A program made the position numbers and the translations under genes. Below the pieces are notes generated by a model. That model made no database searches and was not told the origin of the DNA. It worked only from the letters and a program-made list of their open reading frames with translations. A stretch of 63,579 nucleotides of DNA, counting the filler, from Octopus bimaculoides (Eukaryota): assembly GCF_001194135.2 (NCBI RefSeq). It is 4 parts of 4 records of this genome, joined end to end, with 100 filler letters (N's around TTAATTAATTAA, not from the genome) between each part and the next. Parts side by side here need not be neighbours in the genome. Positions count along the whole stretch, not along the records: positions 40,058 to 63,579 come from NC_068988.1; 3 more parts are not named here. One strand, written 5' to 3'. This document shows, in pieces, positions 51,097 through 63,169 of this stretch (its first letter is position 1; every line of letters begins with the position of its first letter).

Positions 51097-51232
51097 TGTT
51101 TTGTATGTAATGCAGCTCTCACAAATACCTTTTTGCTTTTTTGAAAGAAGCCATAGATTGCCTACATCTTGAGGCAGTAGTCTCAGCTAAAGTATTTCTC
51201 TCGAACATGCATATGACTCTTGGTGTGTGTGG

Positions 51233-51273
<41 letters not shown>

Positions 51274-52084
51274 TGTTTGTGTGCGCGTGTGTGCGCGTGT
51301 GTGCGCGTGTGAGTGTACGTGGGTAGTTCTGTATCTGTGCCTCTGAATGTTTGTGCCTCTGAGTGTTTGTCTGCGTATGTAGGATATGCTTCCCTAAAGA
51401 ATTTTAATTGAACCGAAACATATCCGTCACGTCCATCAGTTATCGTATTTACTCTCCAGAAAATCTCATCATTTGTTCTTATTGCGATGACGTCAATTCA
51501 TTCTATCCTTAAACATTTCATTATTTTTTTTAATCTTTTTTTTTTAATTTACCATGTTCCAAATCAAAATGGTCCCACCGTATTTTCTTTTAAAAACATA
51601 AAACATATTTACGTCTCATCTCTGACGAAGTGTCAATCCCGTGACATGAATAGAACGTTATAACCACCGACAGACTTCAGAAATGAATTATCGGACAACA
51701 TTTAATAATATGAGCCTGAGCTTAAACAGAATATATTCTGATTGAAGAACAAATAATAACTTCGAATGACACGGTATCTATCGATAGTGAATTTCATTTT
51801 GTAGCATTGCGTAGAAACATCACACGAGGACTGATGCCCGGAGAAGTGTACCAGATGATATGAAATATTCAATCAAAATCTACCAGCAGACTATTGCATC
51901 TGACAACAAGAAAATAATTAAGATAATATATTGTATTGGAAATTGAAACAAAATTGTACTATACATGTAATGTAATAAATTACGCTATCACTGGCGGAGT
52001 ATTGAGTTGCATTTCCGTTTACGTATGTGAATATATGTATATATGTACAGACACAAACACAGACACAAGCACACTGACACGTGC

Positions 52085-52137
<53 letters not shown>

Positions 52138-52686
52138 NNNNNNNNNNNNNNNNNNNNNNNNNNNNNNNNNNNNNNNNNNNNNNNNNNNNNNNNNNNNNNN
52201 NNNNNNNNNNNNNNNNNNNNNNNNNNNNNNNNNNNNNNNNNNNNNNNNNNNNNNNNNNNNNNNNNNNNNNNNNNNNNNNNNNNNNNNNNNNNNNNNNNNN
52301 NNNNNNNNNNNNNNNNNNNNNNNNNNNNNNNNNNNNNNNNNNNNNNNNNNNNNNNNNNNNNNNNNNNNNNNNNNNNNNNNNNNNNNNNNNNNNNNNNNNN
52401 NNNNNNNNNNNNNNNNNNNNNNNNNNNNNNNNNNNNNNNNNNNNNNNNNNNNNNNNNNNNNNNNNNNNNNNNNNNNNNNNNNNNNNNNNNNNNNNNNNNN
52501 NNNNNNNNNNNNNNNNNNNNNNNNNNNNNNNNNNNNNNNNNNNNNNNNNNNNNNNNNNNNNNNNNNNNNNNNNNNNNNNNNNNNNNNNNNNNNNNNNNNN
52601 NNNNNNNATATAGAGAGAGAGAGAGAGAGATACTTAGAAACATATTGGTGTACATGTGTGTGTTTCTGTGTCTGTGAGTGTTTCTC

Positions 52687-52723
<37 letters not shown>

Positions 52724-53163
52724 ATGTGTGTTTGCGAGTGCGTGCGTTCTAAGACTGTAGCAGTGGCGTACTAAACTTGGCCATGGAGTAATTCTGCCGC
52801 TGCGTGTCCTCGAGATTTTCGTAGTCCTTTTGTAAGTAAACGAATAACTGACTTGAGTATGGGCGTGTTTGAATGTACAGTCCACAGGTCGTACTTCTTC
52901 TACCCTCATAGAATGAATTCATACAAATATAGCATCCATTTGACACTAGCCAACGAATCTAATTCATTTACACAACCAATGTATTGATAAGTTTTCTTTT
53001 ACTAGTTTCAGTTATTTCAGTAGATGAGGACGGGGCACCGACTTGAAGCATTTTAGTCAAACAAATCGCCCCAAGAACTTATATAATAATTATTCTATTC
53101 ATATCTGTTGCCGAACCCTAGGTTATCGAAACGCAAACACTGTCCCCACATACATACATCCGA

Positions 53164-53195
<32 letters not shown>

Positions 53196-53544
53196 ACGNN
53201 NNNNNNNNNNNNNNNNNNNNNNNNNNNNNNNNNNNNNNNNNNNNNNNNNNNNNACACACACACACACACACATATATATATACTATATATTTGTGAAAAG
53301 GGCGGAAGTTATTTCACAAGCCGCTGTGCAGGCAAAGGTGTTAGTAAATGTGGTCGGATTAACCTGAAAATGTGCACCCCTATGTTAAAAGTGCTGGTAA
53401 GTAAGTTTGCATGGCGATTTTGGGTTTGCTCAATTGAAAGGCGTAGCCTCTGGGACAAAATTCCTCATTTTTATAATGTGGCCCGAGTAGACCTGAATGA
53501 AATCAAGTTATAATACTAGTATATATATATATATGTGTATATTT

Positions 53545-53690
53545 ATACGAGGGTCTTCAGTAAATCCACTCGCAAGGCTTTTATCGGTACGAGACTATAG
53601 CCGGAAGACACTTGATCTTGGTGCCACACAATGCGACTGGACACGGGACCATGAGGTCGGGAAGCAAGCTACTTACAACACAACCACACA
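53545..53690 (-). mobile_element. SINE family B 5' half, diverged
   Basis: aaatccactcgcaaggcttttatcgg..gactatagccggaagacacttg..ggtgccacacaatgcgactgga. Confidence 0.7.
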
Positions 53691-54324
53691 TACATACATA
53701 TGTAATACGCATATATGCGTACTCATGTACTCATGTACGCATGTACGCATGTGCGCATGTACGTACTCATGTACGCATACTTAGGTGTCTCATTTTTCTC
53801 GCTTTCATTAAGATCTTAAAGTTTGTTTATATGCAAATTCACCCATATTTTAAAAATCTTTTTACTAATTTACCAAATTTTTGTCAATTGACATGCTGCG
53901 ACAACGGCATTACGTTACTTTAAATTCATTTCGATAACTGCTCTTTTGGCTTAGCTCTTCAAAATAAGGGAGATTGGTAGTACCATACAGTTTCACTCAT
54001 TCCTTTCTTATTGTGACGTAGGCTCGTATCAGTAGCGGCTTCAAAGGTAAATTAATGTATAATCCCTCTAACAATAATCATAATATTAATAATATATCAA
54101 GTGGCATCAAAGGTAAAGTAATACATAATCCCTTTTAGAATTTATCGGAATAATTAAGAAGAAGAAACCTATAAATAGGCCTAGGAAAATTATTTGGTTC
54201 ACCCATCACTTTTCCCGTCATATAAAAAATTAACATAGGTAAAAGATTCATGTCTCTCCTAGACAAATACTTTACAGCAACTAACAGATACGGGAGAATA
54301 TTTAATATATATGCATATGCTTTT

Positions 54325-54497
54325 GTGTCTGTGGTTGTGCTCACACGATAGCCTGGCAACCGTTGTTGGTGTGTTTACGTCCTCGTAATCTAGCAGTTCG
54401 GCAATAAACACCGATAGAATAAGTACTTGGTTTACAAGTCGATTTGTTTGACTAAAGGTGGTGCTCCAGCATGGCCGCAATCAAATAACTGTAACAA
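54325..54497 (+). mobile_element. SINE family B 3' half
   Basis: gttggtgtgtttacgtcctcgtaatctagcagttcggc..gactaaaggtggtgctccagcatggccgca. Confidence 0.8.
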
Positions 54498-54526
54498 GTA
54501 ATATATATATGCGTGTGTGTGTGTGT

Positions 54527-54574
<48 letters not shown>

Positions 54575-55299
54575 NNNNNNNNNNNNNNNNNNNNNNNNNN
54601 NNNNNNNNNNNNNNNNNNNNNNNNNNNNNNNNNNNNNNNNNNNNNNNNNNNNNNNNNNNNNNNNNNNNNNNNNNNNNNNNNNNNNNNNNNNNNNNNNNNN
54701 NNNNNNNNNNNNNNNNNNNNNNNNNNNNNNNNNNNNNNNNNNNNNNNNNNNNNNNNNNNNNNNNNNNNNNNNNNNNNNNNNNNNNNNNNNNNNNNNNNNN
54801 NNNNNNNNNNNNNNNNNNNNNNNNNNNNNNNNNNNNNNNNNNNNNNNNNNNNNNNNNNNNNNNNNNNNNNNNNNNNNNNNNNNNNNNNNNNNNNNNNNNN
54901 NNNNNNNNNNNNNNNNNNNNNNNNNNNNNNNNNNNNNNNNNNNNNNNNNNNNNNNNNNNNNNNNNNNNNNNNNNNNNNNNNNNNNNNNNNNNNNNNNNNN
55001 NNNNNNNNNNNNNNNNNNNNNNNNNNNNNNNNNNNNNNNNNNNNNNNNNNNNNNNNNNNNNNNNNNNNNNNNNNNNNNNNNNNNNNNNNNNNNNNNNNNN
55101 NNNNNNNNNNNNNNNNNNNNNNNNNNNNNNNNNNNNNNNNNNNNNNNNNNNNNNNNNNNNNNNNNNNNNNNNNNNNNNNNNNNNNNNNNNNNNNNNNNNN
55201 NNNNNNNNNNNNNNNNNNNNNNNNNNNNNNNNNNNNNNNNNNNNNNTATATATATATATATATATATTAACATATATTTACCAACATTACACAAAAATA

Positions 55300-56080
55300 T
55301 TTTGAACACCTATACACTAAATGTTTTCTATAAAATCACCCTTGGTTTCAATCACGGCCTCCAGATGTTTTTGGAATCTCCGACATCTCAACTGGATGGT
55401 CTCCTTGTTTACGATGGTGAATGCTACTATAATTTTTGTCATGAATTCATTTTTGGTGTTAGAAGGAGATTTGTTCGTCTCTCGCTCAACTGCACCCCAC
55501 ATATAATCAAGAAGGCGCAGTCTGTGGATTAAGGTGACCGGAAGTTAGGGTGATGTGGTCGCAGAAATTTACTGACATCCATATCGGCGTTCTTCTGCTT
55601 GTGTGGCAATGTGCAGAGGTCATGTTCCCAGACATAGTGTCTTCCAGCAGTCACCCTCATAATACAGGCCCGTATTAAATCCTCCAGACACTTGATGTAG
55701 GCCCCAGTGTTGAGTTTGGGTCTGTGTGGGAGGTTGAATGGAGGCATAACGTCGCCATTACTAGGGATCACTACCATGATGTTGACTGGAAGTTTGATTT
55801 TTATCACTCTTAGTACATATCCTCAGATTGCACTTCCTTCAGATTGACACCCAACCACTCTGAAATGTTCGTGTTGGAGGTTCCATCGTGAATGACAAGT
55901 GGTACAGCGTGTCATCTCCAAATTTCTGGCAGAGTGAATTGCGTCATGGTGCTGTTGTTCTCACAGATGCTGCCCAACTGACTGTACTATACTGTGTAGT
56001 TGAAAAAATCAAAAACAAACAATGCGTATGCATGAAATTAAAAATATAAAATGGCGACACTTTACCTATTGCACTCTGTG
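55300..56080 (-). mobile_element. maT/DD37D-like Tc1/mariner relic, internally deleted
   Basis: KIKLPVNIMVV..SNGDVMPP..LNTGAYIKCL..AGRHYVW and WGAVERETNK..ACRRF-like IQLRCRRFQKHLEAVIETKGDFIE. TIR-like CACAGAGTGCAATAGGTAAAGTGTCGCC at the upstream end. Confidence 0.8.
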
Positions 56081-56090
56081 TGTGTGTCTG

Positions 56091-56125
<35 letters not shown>

Positions 56126-57582
56126 TGTAATCGTTGTTTATTAGTGGTTATAAATAAACCATTGCTTTGACGTCAGCAGTATAGAAAACACATAGGAACT
56201 TCTGGCCGGAGACACATAACCTCTTTACTAATGGAGGTAAGAGGTGTCTTCTTGAGCATGATCGTGAAATAAGCGAAATTCTGAAAAGAATTTATTTGAA
56301 TCGAAAATGTTTTGTCAGCGAAGTTGATAACCAGATTACGTAAGTTCAAGCAAGAATTTTCTCTCATAATAACACCAAGTAAACTATTCACCATCTATGT
56401 ATGTGTGTGTTCGGGTATGTGTGTGCATGTTTGTATGTAGGTGAGTGAATGTGCGCGTGTGTATGTGCGCATGTGTTTGTGAGTGTGTAGGAGTGTATGG
56501 GTGTATTTTGACCGTTTACGACTTGTGGTGTACTACAGTGTATTATAAGCAGAAAAAAAACTTCGATGTGCAAAAACGTGTAAACACAGCACATACGCAC
56601 TAAGCCTCATACAGACACATACAGACACACACACACACATACAGTTATATATGTATGTACCTGAGTGTGAATGTGCTTGTGTGCGCTTTTGTTTGAATCT
56701 GTGTACTTGCATTACGTGTTTGTACGTATAATCATATTTTCTCAATACTCACTCATATATATGTCTATATATTTATATATATATATATNNNNNNNNNNNN
56801 NNNNNNNNNNNNNNNNNNNNNNNNNNNNNNNNNNNNNNNNNNNNNNNNNNNNNNNNNNNNNNNNNNNNNNNNNNNNNNNNNNNNNNNNNNNNNNNNNNNN
56901 NNNNNNNNNNNNNNNNNNNNNNNNNNNNNNNNNNNNNNNNNNNNNNNNNNNNNNNNNNNNNNNNNNNNNNNNNNNNNNNNNNNNNNNNNNNNNNNNNNNN
57001 NNNNNNNNNNNNNNNNNNNNNNNNNNNNNNNNNNNNNNNNNNNNNNNNNNNNNNNNNNNNNNNNNNNNNNNNNNNNNNNNNNNNNNNNNNNNNNNNNNNN
57101 NNNNNNNNNNNNNNNNNNNNNNNNNNNNNNNNNNNNNNNNNNNNNNNNNNNNNNNNNNNNNNNNNNNNNNNNNNNNNNNNNNNNNNNNNNNNNNNNNNNN
57201 NNNNNNNNNNNNNNNNNNNNNNNNNNNNNNNNNNNNNNNNNNNNNNNNNNNNNNNNNNNNNNNNNNNNNNNNNNNNNNNNNNNNNNNNNNNNNNNNNNNN
57301 NNNNNNNNNNNNNNNNNNNNNNNNNNNNNNNNNNNNNNNNNNNNNNNNNNNNNNNNNNNNNNNNNNNNNNNNNNNNNNNNNNNNNNNNNNNNNNNNNNNN
57401 NNNNNNNNNNNNNNNNNNNNNNNNNNNNNNNNNNNNNNNNNNNNNNNNNNNNNNNNNNNNNNNNNNNNNNNNNNNNNNNNNNNNNNNNNNNNNNNNNNNN
57501 NNNNNNNNNNNNNNNNNNNNNNNNNNNNNNNNNNNNNNNNNNNNNNNNNNNNNNNNNNNNNNNNNNNNNNNNNNNNNNNNNN

Positions 57583-57644
<62 letters not shown>

Positions 57645-57920
57645 GTTTATATATGTGTGCATATATATATGTAAATATACTTATAGCCATATGTGTGTGT
57701 GTGTGTATGTGTGCGTGCGTGCAATTTTGTGTGAGGTAAGTATCCAGATAGAAGGTGGATGAAATAATATGAATCACACCTAAAGGTGAAGGATCTATCA
57801 CACAGATTAACAAAAATAGCATATTTTCCAACTGATTAAGAAAGAAACATAGCACATATCCAATAGGAGCATTATTGTTTGGACAACTGTTAATGGTTTC
57901 TCACTAAATTCTATTGTGTG

Positions 57921-58813
57921 TAGTCGTCTGATCAATAAGTATCTAAACTGTTGCCATAGTAACGAAGAGAAAGTACGCAGAGTGAAGCTGCTTTGCACAG
58001 ACTGACTTTGAACGCTGCTGTGCATTTGCACTAAGTTTTAACGTTCTAGCTCAGTTCCCCTGTTTACAGCAGCGCTTTGGATAACGTGCGTAGCGTGTGG
58101 TCGTCGAATTGACCATGACAGAGAAAGTTGAGCAGAGAATCAGCTTCAAATGTTGCCAAAAGCTTGGTGATACCTGATCAGAGGCGTACGCAAAGTTTTC
58201 AAAAAGTTTTCATCTTTCTCAACACAATCAAGGAGATCTTGTACAACTGAAAGTGTCTTTTTAGTCCGCTCAAAGCAGTTTTGGCACAAACTTGGCAGAC
58301 ACGCGTCTCATGCCCAAATCTTCAGTGGTAATGGCCTGAACTGAACCGTCACTAATCTGCACATCCTCTGATATTTCATAGATTGTGATTCGATGATTTT
58401 CCCCTCAGAGCTGCATGCACATCTGCCATGCTTTTCACAGTTCTGCTGGTTGCATGTCTCCCAGAACGTTCGTCACTATCGACTTTTTTACGGCCATCTT
58501 GGAAGCGTCTGACCTACTCGTACATATGTGTGCAGCTCATTCACTCCTCTAAATACACTTTCTGAAACTTTCCGTCGGTCTCTGAGCAAGGAACGCCATG
58601 GCAACCAACTCTCTCATGGTCAATGTGACGATCACACGCTACACACCTTCCTTCCAAGCATGGCTGTAAACAGCGGAAACAAGCTAAATCGCTAAACCTT
58701 AGTTCACTTACGTAGCAGAGGTCAAGGTCAGCTTGTGCCAAGCGGCTTCACTCTGCGTGGTTTAGCTTTGTTACTATGGCAACAGTCCGGGTACTTATTG
58801 ATCAGACCTTGCA
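57921..58813. mobile_element. Palindromic mariner derivative built from two 5' ends
   Basis: ~190-bp imperfect inverted arms beginning (G)TCTGATCAATAAGTA..ACTGTTGCCATAGTAAC. The left arm leads into MTEKVEQRISFKCCQKLG on plus; the right arm leads into DERSGR..DLGMRRVSAKFVPKLL on minus. Confidence 0.85.
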
Positions 58814-59564
58814 TGTCTCTAGCAAATGAACAGATTTGCACTCTGCTTGATAATGTGAGATACAGAAGTATCGAATTGCACATCTTGAGCTCTTGGAGTG
58901 AGAGTCTATTATATATATTTCCCTCTGTCTAATACAGGTTTGCAATGCAGTAGGCATTGTGCCTCCCAATCTATAGTGATTTGCGACCCAAAGGTTTACA
59001 CTCCTTGTATGTCCCGTGTCGTTACTTTATTCCTCTTAATATTCGTCTCAGCAGGAATACTCCCGTAGAAGATGTAGTCTTGTAAAAATTATCCAATGTG
59101 CAAAAGTAACATTCCTTTGACAGCCGATATGCGACTTTATCTATACAAAATATTCTTAATTTCTGTTTGCATCTCGTTTGCAAGATTCTGTATATGAATT
59201 TATGTGTTGAAAGAAATTGTGTTGTCTAGGGAGCGTCATTATGTCAGTATTGTTAACACCCGCACTGGTTCAATTGCACTACTTTATCATTATTCAATTG
59301 GTTAAATACCCAATTAAATAAGCGAGTGTGTGTGGCTCTCAGTTTTCGATTGTTTTCGTCACTGGGATGGTGTACTTAGAGTCTTTATCCATTTGCTCGA
59401 TTTCACCTTTCTGTTTAATGATAACCTGTGGTTTGGTCAATTTGGCTGCTATGTCAGCAAGCTGGTACTGCTTGCTTGGACCTTTGATTGTTAATTGACA
59501 TTTTATACCGTTACAGGTTTTTGTTTACGCATGCTAAACCACTGCAAATCATATATACTCTTTT

Positions 59565-59776
59565 ACAGTTTTACTTCTTTCAGTCATTTGACTGCGGCCA
59601 TGCTGGAGCACCGCCTTTATAGTCGAGCGAATCGACCCTAGAGCTTATATCTTTGTAAGCCTAGTACTCATTCTATCGGTCTTTTTGCCGAACCGCTAAG
59701 TTACGTGGACGCAAGCACACCAGCATCGGTTGTCAAGTGATAATGTCGGTACAAACACAGACACACAAACACACAC
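59565..59776 (-). mobile_element. SINE family B 3' half (split copy)
   Basis: tttcagtcatttgactgcggccatgctggagcaccgcc...acaaacacagacacacaaacacacac. Confidence 0.88.
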
Positions 59777-59925
59777 GCTCCTCCGTTTCTCCATTCTTTG
59801 AACTTTCCGGCTTTCCGACGAAGGGCTCCGCCCGAAACGTCATACTCTCTCTCTTTCCTTTCCAGAGCGTCCAATAACACAGTCCGTATCACGTCCTCAC
59901 TTTTTTGTGTTTTTTTAAACTATAT
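59777..59925 (+). mobile_element. Family F pLTR-like module with an HHR motif at 59811-59846
   Basis: CCGACGA A GGGC-TCC-GCCC GAAAC GTC. The downstream gagcgtccaataacac is shared with the 17460 copy. Confidence 0.78.
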
Positions 59926-60067
59926 NNNNNNNNNNNNNNNNNNNNNNNNNNNNNNNNNNNNNNNNNNNNNNNNNNNNNNNNNNNNNNNNNNNNNNNNNNN
60001 NNNNNNNNNNNNNNNNNNNNNNNNNNNNNNNNNNNNNNNNNNNNNNNNNNNNNNNNNNNNNNNNNNN

Positions 60068-60205
60068 NCCGTCTACGAAATCTACTCACAAGGCTTTGGT
60101 TGGCTCATGGCTAAAGTAGAAGACACTTGCCCAAGGTCACACGCCGTGGGACTGAACCCGGAGCCATGTGGTTGGGAAGTGATCTACTTACCACACAGCC
60201 ACATG
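60068..60205 (-). mobile_element. SINE family B 5' half (split copy)
   Basis: ccgtctacgaaatctactcacaaggctttgg..agaagacacttgcccaagg..gggactgaacccggagccatgtgg..cttaccacacagccac. Confidence 0.88.
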
Positions 60206-60644
60206 TTTTTGTATGTGCGTATGTCTATATGTATACATGTATACTATATAATCAAAGTAGAGGAACTTGGTGAGTGGTTCTGGTGTGACATATTTATATT
60301 AGAATTTGAAAGGGAGGGATATAGATAGAGAGAGAGAGAGAGAAGAGAGAAGAAGCAAGAGGTAACGAAAAGAAGAGTTGTATGAGCTATACTCTATTGC
60401 AGGCTTGCATGCTGGGAGGACTTCCGTTATTTTTGACTAATTGATATCTGCATCCATGAAATAGAGAATCAGTTAATGTGCTGTCTCATGCATCAGATTA
60501 GAAATTGTAACATAAGACATCGTTACAGAAAGACAAAGAACTGTCATCACATGCACATGATATGAATATATAACTAATAGAATTAATAATTATGGACATT
60601 AACAATATAAATCTGCTTCCAATTTGCTATGTTCGTCTATATAT

Positions 60645-60651
60645 CTATCTG

Positions 60652-60724
<73 letters not shown>

Positions 60725-60745
60725 TTATCTATCTATCTTTATCTA
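60645..60745. repeat. (CTAT)n microsatellite
   Basis: Read directly. Confidence 0.95.
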
Positions 60746-60827
60746 TATATAAGTATAATGAACAAGCTTGAGTTGTTTGCTTTGCCTTAATGTATATTGT
60801 TCTCTTTACTAATTATACATCTCTAAG

Positions 60828-60900
<73 letters not shown>

Positions 60901-61489
60901 GTGTGTGTGTGTGTGTATGAAATTACATGCGGAAGAGTGCGTGTGAATGTATGTTTGTAGGTATCTATATATGTATGTATTGTCATTATAACAGACGTTC
61001 TATTTCTCGTATTTTTGTGTGCGTGTGTGTGTGTCTGTTAAGGGAATCAAGGATTCAATATTTCCAGACGAATAGCTCTTTAAGCACGATGTGGAAATTT
61101 AATCCAGTTAATTCATATATTTTTTCTATTAACTTCCTCATTTCCTGTGACAAGTTCAATTTGTAGATCCGTGGTTGTACATCAGTTCAGTTCCTTGTAT
61201 TAAACATAGAGTGTATTAGAAGAAAGATGAAGATCAGGAATGATCAGGAATGAAGAGACGCATGATCACGAATTTATTTCGCTGTTACACGTTTCGAATA
61301 CCCAGGCACGACTTAAGCGTTGTACTTGGCAAAATGAATATTTAATCGATCCGTCAACTGGTTGATTAAATAAGAATTCTATCTTGATATGAAGTTTAAG
61401 ATTACTGGCCGCCATAAAACTCCGAAGACAAGCATGTATTCACTTGTTATGACTTAAAATGTTGTCAACAAAATAGGAGTATTTTGAAA

Positions 61490-62363
61490 GCATACGCCAG
61501 TTCAAGTTGAAGCTAACTTTGATGGTGACTCTGCTCATTTTCCTTGTCTAAAAGATACGGTTTCGACCGCAGATAATGTTGACATGAATTGGCACAAAGG
61601 CAATATTATGAGACTGCTACGAGAGTTTGGGAAACGGTTTCAAATTTTTGATAAACCTGAGACAGATTTCACAGTTTTTCGCTTGCCATTTACAGTCAAC
61701 ACCTCTGACCTGTCTGTCAACATCCAACTTGAAATGATCGACTTGCAGTGTGATTCAGATATAAAGTACAAATTTATCTCAGTGGGCTTGAACACATTTT
61801 ATCAGTATCTCTTGCCAAATATCCCAAATTGACAGCTCTTGCTGCGAACGTTTTGAGCATGTTCGGGACTACCTACCTTTGTGAACAAATGTTCCCCCAA
61901 TTAACATCAATAAAACAAATCGTCGCTCAAGACTCAAACGTCAGCACCTAAATAACATCCTGAAATTAGCTGCTTTTGAGGATTTGACGCCTGATATTGG
62001 TGTACTTGTGAAGGAGAAAAGATGGCAAGTGTTAAGAACATATTAAAAACAAATGATAGAAAATAATAAAAATGTTTTTAAAGAGTTTTTTTTTTAGTCT
62101 ATAAATTGTATGCATTTACAAGGCAGTATGATAAATCAGTCTTCTTTAACAGTTCCTGCTTTCACTTGTTCAATGTTTTCTAAACAAAAATTGTTCTTTA
62201 AACGTGGACATTTTCAGAATGAACTTTTTTACACTAAGGCAAAGGGGACATTTTGAAATTGCTATCTATAGGTTCTTACGCCATGACTTTACTAGTCCAG
62301 CCCGTTTGAGATCAAATTGGGTTGATATGTGCCCCGTGACCTACATTGAGTTTGATACTCCTG
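61490..62363 (+). mobile_element. 3' part of a hAT transposon (Charlie/SPIN/GTF2IRD2-like transposase C-terminus plus right TIR)
   Basis: LLREFGKRFQIF..FRLPF..IQLEMIDLQCDSDIKYKF..FYQYL / KYPKLTALAANVLSMFGTTYLCEQMF..RRSRL..HLNNILKL..LTPDI..LVKEKR. Terminal tgagtttgatactcctg resembles the reverse complement of CAGGGGTGTCAAACTCA. Confidence 0.88.
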
Positions 62364-62859
62364 GTTTAGCTTTTCCCCAGATCGAATTACCAGCTGTTGT
62401 TCCAACGTCACAAAGGAAAAATTGAAATAAGTTTATATAATAATATAAATACGTATGTTTGCATATATGCATGAGAGAGCGCTCTGTTGCTATAGTATTA
62501 AATGTAAAAAAACGTTTTATTTCTGTTATAGATATTTTGGCTGCTTACAATTTTTTTCTGACTTTGTTTGGCGTGTATAATATCAAACATTTTCGTTTTT
62601 TGTTTTTTTTTCTTTATGGGTCATTCTGCAGTCATCGGATATTAGAATCAAGCAGCCATTTTTTATTGGGAAAGTGTAGAAGGACGGTAGATCGCAAGGA
62701 CATATAAAACACCGTAAACATTCAATTATTTTATTATTGCATTTACTTGGTCACCTTATGTTCCAGAGATTAACAAGCATTCATTATTATCGCAGAATTA
62801 TTTGCAATCTGGACAAAATACTTAACAAATTTACTTCAAGCTCCTTATATGCTGAGTTG

Positions 62860-63000
62860 CACCTCAATCGGCGTCAATTTTCATCGTTTCAAGACCAACA
62901 GAATGAAGTATCAGTCCAGTACAGGAGCCGATTACATCCACTACCCCCTGCCCTAGAAAATTCAGGCTTCGCGCTGAAACTACGGAGAATATTTATGAAA
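62860..63000 (+). mobile_element. SINE family C, degenerate
   Basis: cgtcaattttcatcgtttc..aagtatcagtccagtacaggagccgattac..ccccctgccctagaaaattcaggc. Confidence 0.55.
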
Positions 63001-63076
63001 GTGTATCAATCGGCAAACAGACGTTATATATATTGATAATGATATAATGTTTTGTTTTCGGCTAATTTCTGGAAGA

Positions 63077-63077
<1 letters not shown>

Positions 63078-63121
<44 letters not shown>

Positions 63122-63131
63122 NNNNNNNNNN

Positions 63132-63168
<37 letters not shown>
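63078..63168. repeat. (GATA)n microsatellite with a small gap
   Basis: Read directly. Confidence 0.95.

Positions 63169-63169
<1 letters not shown>

Noticed and set aside
51622-51660. CTGACGA with a TGTCA/TGACA hairpin
   Set aside because: It is followed by GAAT rather than GAAA, with no stem I or III; not supportable as an HHR.
61270-61320. Minus-strand TTC GAAAC GTG followed by AATAAA (pLTR-like)
   Set aside because: The CUGANGA half is missing and the triplet is GUG; insufficient evidence.
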